Source: Massalongia carnosa (Eukaryota). From it: DNA of 64,000 nt. Shown here in pieces: positions 1 through 12,495 of the stretch (the first letter of the stretch is position 1; the number at the start of each line of letters is the position of its first letter). A model generated the notes under the pieces. It saw nothing but the letters and a program-made list of their open reading frames with translations. It was not told where the DNA came from and did no database searches. The stretch spans positions 2,852,001-2,916,000 of the forward strand of contig OZ287071.1 of NCBI GenBank assembly GCA_965645245.1, written 5' to 3'. A program made the translations under genes and the position numbers.

Positions 1-592
1 CTACCATGTGTTTTCTTATCGTCGTCAACGAGGTTTATTGTCTTATATAGTCTTTCTGATCCGACTCGTAATGTTTTCTTGCATTATCGAACATTCGCTG
101 ATTTGCGGCTGAGAGTTTTTTGTATAGTGTCTCTCCTTGTACTATGTCTGCTACTACCGGCTTGTAGGGAGCTGCCGCAGGAAGAACAGTAGGTTGGTCT
201 GGATCTGCCATATTCCAAAACTCGTTAACTGATATCGTTTTCAATTCATTATACCACGTCTCCCAATCCTCTGATGTCTCGAGGATTGTCCTCATCGTTT
301 TGGATTCTGCTGCCATTTTCGCGATTGCTGTCTCGTTGAATTTAAGAATCTAATGCTCTTGACGATTTGCGGTGTCTTTACGACTATCCGGGCTCATAAC
401 TGTCAAATATATAAGGGTCAAAAGGCATAATCAGGGAATTGGGTAGATGTTGATTGTATTGTGGAGGATGTGGAAAAGTGGGAATCTATCTAAGGGGGAG
501 GGCCACGTGTCTAGTCGGGCCGGAATAACCCTTCGGATATATCATCCTGAGTTACCACTGATGTTTAGGATTAGTTATCCTATAATTTGACA
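1..592 (-). mobile_element. Ty1/copia LTR retrotransposon, 5' end only (copia-1): 192-bp 5' LTR 401-592, PBS 388-400, gag start at 316
   Basis: LTR TGTCAAAT...ATTTGACA recurs as a solo LTR at 5191-5382. GTTATGAGCCCGG follows the LTR on the minus strand. The gag-like ORF 35-316 (TILETSEDWETW) resembles the copia-2 gag start and ends in a probable premature TAA. Confidence 0.85.
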
Positions 593-802
593 AAATCTCT
601 CATCTAGGGTGAAGGTAAAACATTCGAAAGAAGGGGCTGGCTCAGGTATAAAATAAGGACATATCCAGTAGATAGCTGACTCCTCGTCCGACGTCTTGTA
701 TAGCAAACCACCTCCTAGCTATAGCCTCATTAATAAAAACATCTTGATCATCCAATCCAATTCCTAGGAACATTAGTTCAATTTCCGACCCAGTCCTTGA
801 CA
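593..802 (+). mobile_element. 3' part of a gypsy LTR related to the 26715-27152 family, interrupted by copia-1
   Basis: About 668-802 aligns by eye to the last ~135 bp of the gypsy-B LTR (..TCCTAGGAACATTAGTTCAAT..CAGTCCTTGACA). Confidence 0.8.
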
Positions 803-1140
803 CTGCTCGAAGACGATCAGGCATTGTCGCTACCTTTTCGTTTATAAATCTCTGTGGAAAAAGACTCCATTCCTCGTAAATAAACTCCTTAGTGGTGCCG
901 TCGTCCCAATGAGGACATTTACGAAGATGTTGTTTTGAAGGTTGCCAGCAATTCTCAATAGGTGCTAAATCGGGAAATGAAGACAATTGAAGGAGTTATT
1001 TAAGTTGTTTGTCTCCTTCCAGGTGCGTACGATGTTTGATTTGCCTGGTCCATGACCGGAATCACCAATATCTTCCAAAACGAACTTCTGACCTGATTTT
1101 AACCATGGAAGAATGACTAAGTCGAGAATTTGTTCAATGT
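803..1140 (-). pseudogene. Tc1/mariner transposase C-terminal fragment
   Basis: Translates to ..LEDIGDSGHG.. and ..PDLAPIENCW..MPDRLRA, typical of the Tc1 DDE domain. Frameshifted and cut by LTRs on both sides. Confidence 0.8.
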
Positions 1141-1305
1141 TGTCACGGTTTTACTCGACACTACTTTCGGCACCAGACTATCGACCTAGCTACTTCGGAT
1201 CTAACTCTCTAGCTCGAGTTTAGGCTGACATAAGCGGAACAAGCCGCGGTTGAGTTGGTTGAGGAATAGTGGCCGCTGGACTATATAGAGGCGAGATTTT
1301 GTATA
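1141..1305. mobile_element. Probable LTR fragment
   Basis: Begins TGTCACGG exactly where the Tc1 frame breaks and contains a TATA-like CTATATAG. The other end is not seen. Confidence 0.45.
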
Positions 1306-2237
1306 CATGGTTCTTGATTTGGAGGTCTCCTGCTACCAAAAAAATTAAGCGAATATGAAATTCGCTTAAAAGAGACCTCTCCTGCACGCGAGATTAATCG
1401 AAGAACTTTTAAATAAGCGAACCTCATATAAAAATAACCGAATTCTGAGATGATGTGTAACGTAATAAGTAATCATGTTTATGATATGCAGAATTATACG
1501 CTGAATCCAAATCTGAAAGAATTTTAATAATCGAACAAGAAACGACATAGTAATTGCCGATTACAATAAAGTTTACCTTTAAATTTTCAGCTTCAAATGT
1601 TAATGCTTCCCTCGGGACCCGAGGGAAGCATCACTTGATATCGAAGTTCTTTGAGAGCGAAACACTACGTTCCGACCTCTTCTATCTTCCTGCTTCTTCG
1701 TGAAAGTGAAGCTGAGCCAGCTGCGCGATGCGATCAAAGTAACTCTATACGCCGCCGACTTAACGGAACACGATCGTATTCATCAGGTAACTACTCTGTA
1801 CATATAATCGTTTTCTTGTTCTTGGAAAAGCTTCGTCTCACGCCGGCACAGGACCTGCTCGCATTGGAAGAATTGCACGAACGCCGTGCCACTCATCCCT
1901 CCAGTCTTGTCATCATGACCGACTGGTTTCGAAGCCTCACTTCAATCATTGAGATTCGAATAACTCCCCGACCCAATGATAGCGGAAACTATTCGCGACG
2001 ACTTCTTCAACAGCAGCCGGCTCTCCTCCGCATCCAGCCGCGACGGTGTTCCCCCCGCCCCTCCCCCGCGCCTTCCCCTAGCCCCGCCAGCTCGCACGCC
2101 TCTACCTCTCCGCGTCCGCCTTCACTTCCTTCGTCTCGCCGTAGTACCTGCCAGCGCGCCGCTCCTTCGGCGAAGCAACCTGCCGTTGGCCCGTCACGCA
2201 AGCGAGATGCTTAGGGACAGTCCCCCCCCGACCGTTC
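1306..2237 (+). mobile_element. Repeat 'A' copy 1, probable left end of a DNA transposon (hAT-like terminus)
   Basis: 1306-1977 matches 5587-6753. Both copies start (C/T)A(T/G)GGTTCTTGATTT in unrelated host sequence. No right end or transposase is seen. Confidence 0.5.
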
Positions 2238-3297
2238 TGTAAAGGGCTACGAGACCAGTAAGTTAATCATGAGCGACACTGATCTTCGAGGGAAATGCTC
2301 AGCGTGAGAGGTGGAAGATAGTTACTACGTGCTAGTCTCCGAGAGTATACGTGATCCAAAGAACTAACGAATGTGGAAGTGCTTAGACCAAGAGATCTCG
2401 TCCGAGACCCAAACGTAGGTTGTTCATAGTATAAAGAGTAATTGCTAACGAATACTACAGGATTCGTTCTGGTATTTATCCTACTCACCCCAAGCCTATA
2501 GCCTTAGGAGCCTTGGAACCTTAGGAGCCTTGCAACCCACTTCTGACCTTATTGCCTTACATCCAACCATCCCTCAGGATCCATCCACGAACTCGACGTT
2601 CGCTGGATCATCTAGTCAGCCTCGAGCAGCCTTCTAGATCTTCCCTTGCAAGGTAGAACAGTTCTACCTCCGGCTAGATCCCTCGCCACATTGCTAGCCC
2701 GCTCTAAACATAAAGTCTAGACGCCGAGGCTATGTAGCTTCATTTCGCCGTCACCACTACCAACGTAGCGGTGGAAGGTTACCTCCGACTGAATCTCTCT
2801 CTACACTGCGGACCTGCCTCTAGACACAAGATCTAGACTACAAGGCCATGTAGGTTCATTCAGCCGACATCACTACCAGCTTAGCAATAAAGGTTAAAGC
2901 TGAAGTTTACACTGGGTAGGCCGAGCTCAAGCTGCGTCCAGCTAGCCGTGCTTCCTGCTACAACTCTTGATCCATCAAGAGATCGAGCAGCTCCGAGTAG
3001 GCCAGTAGATTCCATATAAAGTTCACGGCTAGTGTCCACAGGAGTTCGCCTTACACTCCATGGCAATCTACCACCGCGGCCTCGACAGGTGTTTGATCTG
3101 TAAGCAGTCTAGAACGTAGTAACAACTAATCCAAAGTTGTGTGGCAAGGTGGCGTTGTGGTAAGATAGCGTTGTGTCAAGGTGGCGATGTGGCAACCTCG
3201 ACGGCTATGCGACTTCATACTACGGCTTGGCTCATGCTAGTTAATCCCGCAACCGCCCTAGGCGATCGTGCATCCCTCTAGCGCCATCCGTATTAAA
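2238..3297 (-). mobile_element. Long (~1060 bp) 3' LTR 'B' of gypsy-A
   Basis: Termini TGTAAAG..TATTAAA; the second copy at 6754 starts TGTAATA, implying TGTAATA..TATTACA. A PPT (minus AGAGGGGAGGC, about 3301-3311) is adjacent. Confidence 0.7.
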
Positions 3298-5586
3298 ATT
3301 GCCTCCCCTCTAGGATGTGAGCTCCGCCGAGCGTGTAGTGGATAGTAACGACACGTTAGGTGGGTGGTATGATGTGTATGGCAGGTGGTGAAAACCCTCC
3401 TTCCTTGTATGATAGCAAGGAGGAAAATCGGCCTCCGAAGTCAATGAAAACCTCCCAACCCAGTGGGAACTGATGAGGAAAACCGACTTGTCGAGATCGA
3501 TGAAATACGCTAAAACCCTGATAAGACAACGGGAGAATATAGGGAAAACCGACTTCTCAAGATCGATGAAAAACCCTTAAACCCTGATAAGATAACGGGA
3601 AAACGAAGGGAAAACTTTTCCTAGACTCTATAGCAGGTGGCAGGAGAGAAACCCCGAGGCTTCTACTTCTTCGCCTTCTTGCTCCGAGTACTGGTAGCTG
3701 GTCGGCCGCGTTTCCGCTTGCTTTTAGGCTTAACGGTCGGCTTAGCCATTGGCGGTGCGGTGTCGATAGGAGGAGAGGTTGCTGTCGGCTTGGTGGGGTT
3801 ACCCTCATGGTAGGCTTTGACGATCTTCCGAAGGTGTTTGATCGCTGCCGCTGGTTCCCACGTACTTTCATCCTCTGGATAGCCCTTCCAGGAGACCAGA
3901 TAGTAGAGGCCTTGTAGGAGGCCAGCTTCTGACTCCTTGGCGTAGACCGCGCTATCCAAAATTCCTTCAACCTCGTACTCCCCATCGTTACCAGCTTCGA
4001 ATTCCAGCTGCTCCGAGATCTTCTCGTCCACCCGCCCCTTCCTTGTGGTGTCCTGCTCCAGCAGTGATACATGAAAGACATCATGGATGCGCCACCGTTT
4101 TGGAAGCTCCAGCTTGTAGGCATGCTTGCCCATTGGTTGCAAGACACGGAACGGCCCAAAGAACTTAGCCTCTAGCTTGTGATTACGTTTGGTCTTAATA
4201 TACTTTCTGTTCACCAAACTTTATCGCCAGGTGCATAGCTCCGTGGCTTGGTTCCTTTGTTGTGGGCCTTTGTCTGCCATTCTTGTGCGTGCTGAAGGTT
4301 TTCCTTACAGATAGCCATCAAGTCCTTTAGTTCTGCAGCTAGTTCGTCTGCTGACTTGGACCTGGAGCGGGGGTCGATGTCTTCCTCATATGAGACACGG
4401 GGGTGGTAACCACAGTTGAGCTCGAACGGCGTATGCCCAGTGCTCGCGTTTTTCGCACTGTTTTACGCAAACTCAGCCATCGGAAGCAGGCGCGCCCAGT
4501 CGTCTTGTTCCTAGTTGACGAACGCCCTAAGGTAGGCTTCCATAGTACTGTTCTAGCGTTCGGTCTGCCCATCGGTCTTTGGATGGAACGCGGTATAGAG
4601 GCGTCGCTTGATGCCTAAAAAGTAGCACAAGGAAGACCAGAACTTGGAAGTGAAATCTGAGCCGCGGTCGCTGACGATAGAGTCTGGCAAGCCGTGGTGA
4701 CGAACTACCACGTCTATGATTACTTCTGCTAGCCATGGTGTAGTGATCGTTGTCAGCACTGGCTCATAGTGCACCATCTTCGTAAGCCGGTCGACGATGA
4801 CCAGGATCGAATCGTAGCTATCGCGCTTCCAATCAGCAGATTCAGGCAACTCCGTCACGAAATCTATAGATAAGTCTTTCCAGCGATGAGTTGGCAATGG
4901 CAGTGACTGTAGGTTTCCGTGAGGTTTGTGTCTGACCGCTTTAGAATAAGCAGACGTCGCAACCCTTGACATAGCTCTCGACATCGCGGCGGAGATTCTC
5001 CCAGAAGTACTTTCTCGCAATGAGTTCTCGCGTCTTATCGATACGGAAGTGTCCTGCTAATGGATCATCATGATGCCTACTGATTAGCTCAGTTCTGAGG
5101 ATATCAGGGACATAAGGCAGGCTTTAATAATTCAAAATCCCCTCGGTGTCTTCCCAGCCATCTTTTCCAAGCTTCTCTGCTCTGATCATCTGTCAAATTA
5201 TAGGATAACTAATCCTAAACATCAGTGGTAACTCAGGATGATATATCCGAAGGGTTATTCCGGCCCGACTAGACACGTGGCCTCCCCATTGAGATAGATT
5301 CCCACTTTTCCACATCCTCCACAATACAATCAACATCTACCCAATTCCCTGATTATGCCTTTTGACCCTTATATATTTGACATCATCTGAGCTTGGGTAT
5401 TTTCCTCCTGCAACTCTTGCAACCTCAACCTCATGCCACCAATGCTGACTTTGTAAGGACCTTCAGAGTCAAGTCTTGGCGGAACGAATCCCAAAACTGA
5501 CGTAGTTGAAGGGAAGACGTGCGTTCCGCAGATAATGACGTGGTGTGGAGGGGTGAGATGCTGAGTACTAGTGATACTTGTACACT
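3298..5586 (-). pseudogene. pol: Gypsy-A chromovirus pol 3' half (integrase + chromodomain), degraded
   Basis: Integrase motifs IDFVT, VDRLTKMVH, SDRG and HPKTDGQTER; GPF module; chromodomain EYEVEGILD..YYLVSWKGYPEDESTWEP. Stops and frameshifts present. Confidence 0.9.
5191..5382 (+). mobile_element. Solo LTR of the copia-1 family (192 bp)
   Basis: Reverse complement of 401-592. TG..CA ends and 5-bp TSD TCATC. Confidence 0.95.
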
Positions 5587-6753
5587 TAGGGTTCTTGATT
5601 TGAAGGTCTCCTGCCAACAAAAAAATAAAGCGAATGTGAAATTCGCTTAAAGAGACCTCTCCTGCACGCAAGATTAATCGAAGAACTTTTAAATAAGCGA
5701 ACATCATATAAACTTAACCGAATTCTGAGATGATGTATAATGGAATTAGTAATCATGTTCATGATATGCAGAATTTTACGCTGAATCCAATTCGGAAAGA
5801 ATTTTAATAATCGAACAAGAAACGACTAAGTAATTGCCGATTCCAATAAAGTTTACCGTTAAATTATTAACTTCAAATGTTAATGCTTCCCTCGGGACCC
5901 GAGGGAAGCATCACGTGACATTGAAGTTCTTTGAGAGCGACAAACTACGTTCCGACCTCTTCTATCTTCCTACTTCGTGAAAGTGAAGCTGAACCAGCTG
6001 CGATGCTATAAGAGGGACAGTAGACACTAGTCCTTATGGGTTATAATGCTCAGTGTGACTGCTAATAGATTGGTAGGTGCTAAAGCTAAAAGCTGATTCC
6101 CTGAAGATGGGAATCGAGCTTTCTATATACCCCTTGGGGTCCTATTTACTAACTACTTGTCTGGTTACCTGTCTGCCTTGCTGCCTTCAGCTGAGGTCTA
6201 GTAGATAGCCTTGCTGCCTTCAGCTGAGATCTAGCAGATAACCTTGTTGCCTTCAGCTGAGGTCTAGCAAATAGCCTTGTTGCCTTCAGCTGAGGTCTCC
6301 TAGGCGTCCCAGGCCTCCCATGAGATCGAGGCTTATCTGAATAGCTTCAGTTGCTGCCTAACAAACTGGTAAGGCTGATTGCTGATGGCTTAGTATTGCT
6401 ATCCGCCTTATCATGACTAAGCATCCGGATTATCAGTCACCCGGTCTTCTTGGGTGAGTCATCCCAGGAGCTAGCGCAGTCCTGTATTGCCGAGCTATTA
6501 CAGATGCCATCAAAGAAACTCTATGCGTCGCCGATTTGACGGAACACGATCGATTTCATTATTGGATGCAGACGGTACATATAATCGTTTTCTTGTTCTT
6601 TGGAAAGCTTCGTCTCACGCCGGCACAGGACCTGCTCGCATTGGAAGAATTGCACGAACGCCCTACCACTCTAACCTCCAGTTTTGTCATCATGACCGAC
6701 TGGTTTCGCAGCCTCACTTCAATCATTGAAATTCGAATCACTCCCCGACCCAA
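5587..6753 (+). mobile_element. Repeat 'A' copy 2, inserted in gypsy-A pol
   Basis: Homologous to 1306-1977. Starts TAGGGTTCTTGATTT. Confidence 0.5.
6007..6502. mobile_element. Solo LTR (496 bp) with an internal 33-bp tandem repeat
   Basis: Absent from copy 1 of repeat A. TSD GATGC, ends TATAA..TTACA. About 3.7 copies of CCTTGCTGCCTTCAGCTGAGGTCTAGTAGATAG at 6176-6298. Confidence 0.8.
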
Positions 6754-7705
6754 TGTAATAGGCTACGAGACCAGTAAGCTAATCACGAGCGACACTGATC
6801 TCGAAAGGGGAAATGCTCAGCGTGAGAGGTGGAAGATAGCTACTACGTGCTAGTCTCCGAGAGTATACGTGATCCAAAGAACTAATGGATGTGGAAGTGC
6901 TTAGACCAAGAGATCTCGTCCGAGACCCAAACGTAGATTGTTCATAGAATAAAGACTAATTGCTAACGAATACCACAGGATTCGTTCTAGTATTTATCCT
7001 ACTCACCCCAAGCCAATAGCCTTGGGAGCCTTGGATCTTAGGAGCCTTGCACCCCACTTCTGACCTTATCGAATTACATCCAACCATCCCTCAGAATCCA
7101 TCCACGAACTCAATGTTCGCTGGATCATCCAGTCAGCCTCGAACAGCCTTCTAGATCTTCCCTTGCAAGGTAGAACAGTTCTACCTCCGGCTAGATCCCT
7201 CGCCACATTGCTAGCCCGCTCTAAACATAAAGTCTAGACGCCGAGGCTATGTAGCTTCATTTCGCCGTCACCACTACCAACGTAGCGGTGGAAGGTTACC
7301 TCCGACTGAATCTCTATCTACACTGCGGACCTGCCTCTAGGCACAAGGTCTAGACCACAAGGTCATGTAGGTTCATTCAGCCGACATCACTACCAGCGTA
7401 GCAATAAAGGTTAAAGCTGAAGTTTACACCGGGGAGGCCGAGCTCACGCTGCGTCCAGCTAGCCGTGCCTCCTGCTAAAACTCTTGATCCATCCAGAGAT
7501 CGAGTAGCTCCGAGTAGGCAAGTAGATTCCACGTAGAGTTCACGGCTGGTCTCCACAGGAGTTCGCCTTACTCCATGGCAATCTACCACCACGGCCTCAA
7601 CAGGTGTTTGATCTCTAAGCAGTCTAGAACGTAGTAACAACTAATTCGGGGTTGTGTGGCAAGGTGGCGTCGTGTCAGCCTCGACGGCTATGCGACTAAG
7701 CACTA
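6754..7705 (-). mobile_element. LTR 'B' copy 2, truncated by the pogo insertion
   Basis: Aligns to 2238 to about 3222 and starts TGTAATA. Confidence 0.75.
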
Positions 7706-10700
7706 GAAGAGTTGCGGGGGCAACCGCCCATAAGGGGCAACCGCCCAAAAAATGCCCCATCGTGAATAAATCATAGAAAATTAACCACTTCCGAAAACTC
7801 TCCATACGATTTTGCAGGTGAAAATTCGATCAATTTTCTATCAACATTAGCTATCATCATGGTTCGAAATTATAAGCCGAAACGTCCAAACCCCGAGTAC
7901 TTTGACGACCCTGACGATATAGCTCCCCCACCGGACGTCGACTACGACACTCGAATGGAACGTGCCCTAGAGATTTGGACCACTGGGCAAGTTTCTAATA
8001 AGCCTATAAGTCTTCGTGAAGCAGCTAGGCTTCAAGGGGTGGTATGGGAGACTTTACGGGATCGAAAAAATGGTGCTATATCGAAAAAAGCAGCTAACCA
8101 AGCCATGTAAAAGCTCACTCCGCTAGAGGAAGACGTTCTTGTCAGTTATATCGTCGTTCTAGCTAGTTGGGGATATCCACCCACCCATCAACAGCTCCTA
8201 AAGATGGCGTACGAGCTCCTTCAAGCGAAGGGCGACATGAACCTCCTAGGGCACACCTGGATCCAGCAGTTTATGGACCGTCACCCAAGCATTAAGTCAA
8301 AATTCGTCAGTCCTATCGAAAAAGAGCGTACTCTACCTACAGATCCCGCTACAATTCTACGCTACCTCGAGCTCTATAAGAATACTGTGGATCAGTACGA
8401 TATTGATACCGAAAACTAGTACAATATGGATAAGAAAGGAGTTGCTATGGGGGTCATTGGCAAGACAATGGTTATAATACCCAAAAAGGAGATATCTCAG
8501 TACATGACGGCTTGTGGGAATCGAGAGTGGGTGACCCTTATTGAAGCTATTGGGCTTAGTGGGAGGTCTCTTAAACCATGGGTTATATTCAAGGGCAAAC
8601 AACAGATGAAAGCTTGGTGGGACGCATTTAAAACCGGCCATATATCAGTCTCGGAGAATGGTTGGACAGATAATGAGCTTTGCTTTGAGTGGTTAAAGCG
8701 GTGCTTTGAACCAGAGACTCGTCCAACGACTCCTAGCAAGTGGAGACTCCTTATATTCGACGGCCATGGGTCTCATCTTACAGGGAAAGCTATCGATTTT
8801 TGTTTAGAGCATAAGATTCTCTGTCTTTGCTTGCCAGCTCACGTTACTCACCTCGTACAGCCTCTCGACGTCGGGGTATTTAGGCTTTTGGCTCACTACT
8901 ACAAGACAGCGGTTCGAGAACGGAGTCGATTCAATATTACATATCAAATATCAAAAGTCGACTTCCTAGAGCTAATTCAAGAAGCTCGAGTAAAGGCTAT
9001 TACACCAGAGAATGTCATTGAAGCGTTGCACGCTACTGCCCATATGCCCTACAACCCGTCTGTCGTCCTTCAACAAATACCATCTTCGATACCAAGCTCT
9101 GGACCTTCAATTATGAGCTTAAATTCATCCTCCTTTCAACCTCCCGCGACGCCTACAAGTGGAAGCAGGCCAACAACTAGAGACGGAACTGCTCTCGTAC
9201 CCCTTTCGGCCGCTACTCCTGCTAATATCGTGGACGTCGACAAGCTTTTGGCCGGAGCAAAGCTAGCTAGCGTTCAAGCGGAGTTTGACTACTGGGAGCA
9301 AGTTGCCCTTAAGCTTGCTAAAGCATGTGGCCAGAAGATGGCTCTAAGTACGATTCAAGGGCAAACTATTACGGAGCTCGTAGAGGCTGGAAAGCAAAAG
9401 GGGAAAAAGAAAGGGAGAAGTCATGAAGCCTACGGAGAGGCCAAGGTTATGGACAAGGAGACGGCGGAGCGAATCGAGGCCGAAAAGCAGGAGAAACGAC
9501 AGGCCAAGAAGGCCAAAGCTTGGGAGTCATGGAAGAAAGCGATCCAACGTCAAGAGAATACTCTTTAGAAGCAGTTCCTCTCGTGGACGCCTCGACTATT
9601 TGGAGGGGAGGCTGTTACACTACCACCATCGCCAAAGAAGACCCAGGTTGGCACTCAAAACCACACAATCAACTCTATCGCCAAGCTCTCCCTTAACCCT
9701 ACCGATACGCAGACGTTTACGGCTCGAGAGTGCCTCGAAATTGAGATCTTACCCACCAGAATGACCTTAGGCAAGCCTCTAAGGCCAAGGAATCAACGAG
9801 AAAGGCAGGTTTTAAAGGGCAAAGGAGTACAGACAGGGCCGGTGGACCCTCCGCAAGAAGGCCAAGAGGAAGCTCCAAAAGAACCACTCAAGAGTACGCG
9901 TGGCAGAGTTATTAAGGCCAGAGTTATATGGGAACCAAAGGGCAATTAACCAGGCAATTGATGGTTGTAGGCGGTGGGGTTTTTTCAAATTGTAATGCTA
10001 GTAGTACTTAGATTTCGCCTGTAGTTGTACCAAAAGCTTTGTACCTTTTCATCTCTATTTAAAACGGGGAATATCACTCGGGTTTAATACATCAAATAAG
10101 TGTTAGACTTTAAACCAACTTTAAGTCAAATTAGGAAGGAGCGAAGGTAGGTACATAAAGTGGCCATAAGACGTCCACGGCGAACAAGTATTTCTGGATA
10201 AAAACACACCAAATTCCTTAGCAAAGCTCCCCAAAAGTACCTCCGCCACCGTTCAAAAGAGTGAATTGCATATGTCACTCAAAAGCTTCGATACGCCCTA
10301 AGCTTTTGAACCCTCCCCCTCCTGCCCGCCTTCTTGGCTGTCTCCTTCCGTAGTACTCCCTCCACTTATTCCTTCGTCCTGGCACCACCAAAGGACGCTC
10401 CCTGTCCACCACTCTCTGCCTCCACGCTCTGACCAAAGAGCATCACTTTTATAATCCACTTCGCACCAAATATCCACTCCAGCCCGCATCCAAGAGTCGA
10501 TTTTTGGGCTGTCCAGAACCAAAATCCACCCAAAATGGCTTGTAGAATCGACCTCGCATAAAGAGATACCAGTTCTATGGCGTGAAGAGGTAGGTTCGCG
10601 ATATTTGAGGATGTATTGGTTAAGTGCAAAACAAACCGAATCGGGGATATCGAATTGGACGACTTCTAGATTTTTAGCACTCGCCAGAGCTGAAAAGGGG

Positions 10701-10861
10701 ATATACTAACAGACAATCTCTGCTCTTCCAGAGCGTACCCTTCGATCCATTGCTTTTATAACGATTTATATGGTGTGGTTGTTGAATAAATTATGAAAAA
10801 GGAGCAATGGGTCACTTTTTGGGCGGTTGCCCCTTTTGGGCGGTTGCCCCCGCAACTCTTC
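7706..10861 (+). mobile_element. pogo/Fot1-like DNA transposon (pogo-a), 3156 bp
   Basis: About 45-bp TIR GAAGAGTTGCGGGGGCAACCGCCCA.. at both ends, flanked by TA. Confidence 0.95.
7859..9949 (+). pseudogene. pogo/Fot1 transposase (HTH-CENPB + DDE_1) with three in-frame stops
   Basis: ORFs 7859, 8204, 8426 and 9761 share one frame. Motifs NGWT, LIFDGHGSH and QPLDVGVF. Stops at 8108, 8417 and 9566. Confidence 0.92.
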
Positions 10862-11037
10862 TAATGCCTACAGAGCCCAAATCTTAGAAGACCAACTACT
10901 ACCGCGACGACATATTAAGCTCATCTGTTCTGGAACAACAGTCCCTCTTAGACGGAAGCCCTTCCTTATCCTATTAAAAAGCGCATGCTTTTAGGAAACT
11001 AATTCTCTTTAATGCTAACATAAAACAAAAGGGTACG

Positions 11038-11207
11038 TGTGACGAAGCGAGACAGTGAATAGATTTCTACCATTGCGACACCTGTCCTCCCGACCAAAAG
11101 ACACAATACTTAGTCCGCAGACCAAGCTCTATTCTACTATAACTGGGACTCCTGCTATGTTCGCTGTAGGTCCTGCTGTCGAGACCACGCATTGTCGAAC
11201 CGTTATA
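11038..11207. mobile_element. Solo LTR (170 bp), older copy
   Basis: Homologous to 56413-56582. Ends TGTGACG..CGTTATA; flanks GTACG/TTATG (degenerate TSD). Confidence 0.8.
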
Positions 11208-11881
11208 TTATGATATAATCCCAAACGTTAAGTTATAATCCCAAACAAAAACTAAACACCAAATCCATCGAGTCTAAAGGATTCAAGAGTACATGAAGGT
11301 CTAGATATATGGGACGTGCGATGGGGGGGCGCTCTCGGTCGCAATAAAAATGGACTCGGTTGGTTATATTAACCTGACAAATTGAGTCCACTACTTGATT
11401 TGTTCATCGGGATATAGATTACACATGCCACAGCATCCTTTGTATGGACGGTGGTCAAAGATAATATGGATGATCGTATCGATAGTGGACAAGAGGTGGT
11501 TTGGATGATAGTAAAAAGATGGTATAGACGGTGGTCTGGATGGTAGTCAAAAGGTAATCTGGGTGGTGATCTGGATGTTAGATAAATAGTTGACGAAAGA
11601 TGGTCTAGATGATGTGCAAAAGGTGCTATAAGAGGTGAACATTCAGTTCACGAAGAATGTGGCGAAGGGCCGTTGCGGAGCGTCGATGAACAGGTCTGGG
11701 GCAGGAATTAGGCTTTTCGGGGGTGCTTACTATATTCAGTACTCTCGTCTCCGCAAGGAACACTGTTGTCCTCTGCTATGTCCGCCGTTTTCAACGCTTC
11801 AGTTCTGAAGTGCCACGGACTCGTTGCCGCTTCCATGATACCTGGTAACTATTGTTAATGGTTAACGGATATCATTATACT

Positions 11882-12183
11882 ATCCCCCCCCTTGAACAAT
11901 CTTGAAAACATGGGATTTTGCAAGGGCGGTACGGGGGTATGTGCTAGGGTGAAAACGGGCGTGGATACAGGCTTGTCGCCAATCAGACAGTCGAATCTAA
12001 TGAATATTTGGGGAAGGTAAAATCACTAAGGGATTCGCTCTAAGGCTGTACAGTAAAAAATATTTACATGTCCTGATTGGCTCGAAGCCCTGGTTTTCCA
12101 CCCATGTGCTGTCCTGTCAAGTCATCACTCCCGTCCTCCCCTTGCAAAAAACCCATGTTTTCAAGCTTGTTCGGGGGGGGGAT
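11882..12183. mobile_element. MITE-like foldback element (~300 bp)
   Basis: About 55-bp imperfect TIR ATCCCCCCCC..GAACAA.CTTGAAAACATGGG, plus the inner inverted match GGCTT..GCCAATCAG / CTGATTGGC..AAGCC. No clear TSD. Confidence 0.7.
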
Positions 12184-12495
12184 TAACCTTTTACAGAGAT
12201 GATCTACAGTAAGCCAACATCAACTAACCCTAATCTAACAGCAAACAGGATTTTCTTGATCTAACAGGGGCTGTTTTAATCTAACAGGAACCGTTAGCAT
12301 ATCATAACAAAGTCAACGATCCTAACACGCTAGATTTGGTAGCAATGGCAAACTTGGTCGTTTTACTTTTCGCGTCGATCTCTTCTACTTTGCTCGTTTC
12401 CCAAATCCACAGGTATTGCATATTCCTTGTTGCTCCTTTTTTTCACTATGTCAACATCAAAGGCAACCACTATCAACAACCCACAAAGAATCACA

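Noticed and set aside
642..986. 114-aa ORF as a gene
   Set aside because: Chimera of a Tc1 fragment reading into an LTR. The ORFs at 21074-21652, 5369-5707 and 56442-56876 are similar chimeras.
6176..6298. Regular 33-bp repeats (also the 43-bp repeats at 57153-57338) as CRISPR-like arrays
   Set aside because: Head-to-tail repeats without unique spacers, inside LTR elements of a eukaryote.
10298..10629. Second gene in the 3' part of pogo-a
   Set aside because: Short ORFs with non-ATG starts and no recognisable motif.
11440..11630. Degenerate ~12-bp GGTGGTCTGGAT-like repeats as a coding or functional array
   Set aside because: Too decayed to define a unit or a reading frame.
12224..12233. 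Telomere-like CTAACCCTAA
   Set aside because: Fewer than two units; expected by chance.
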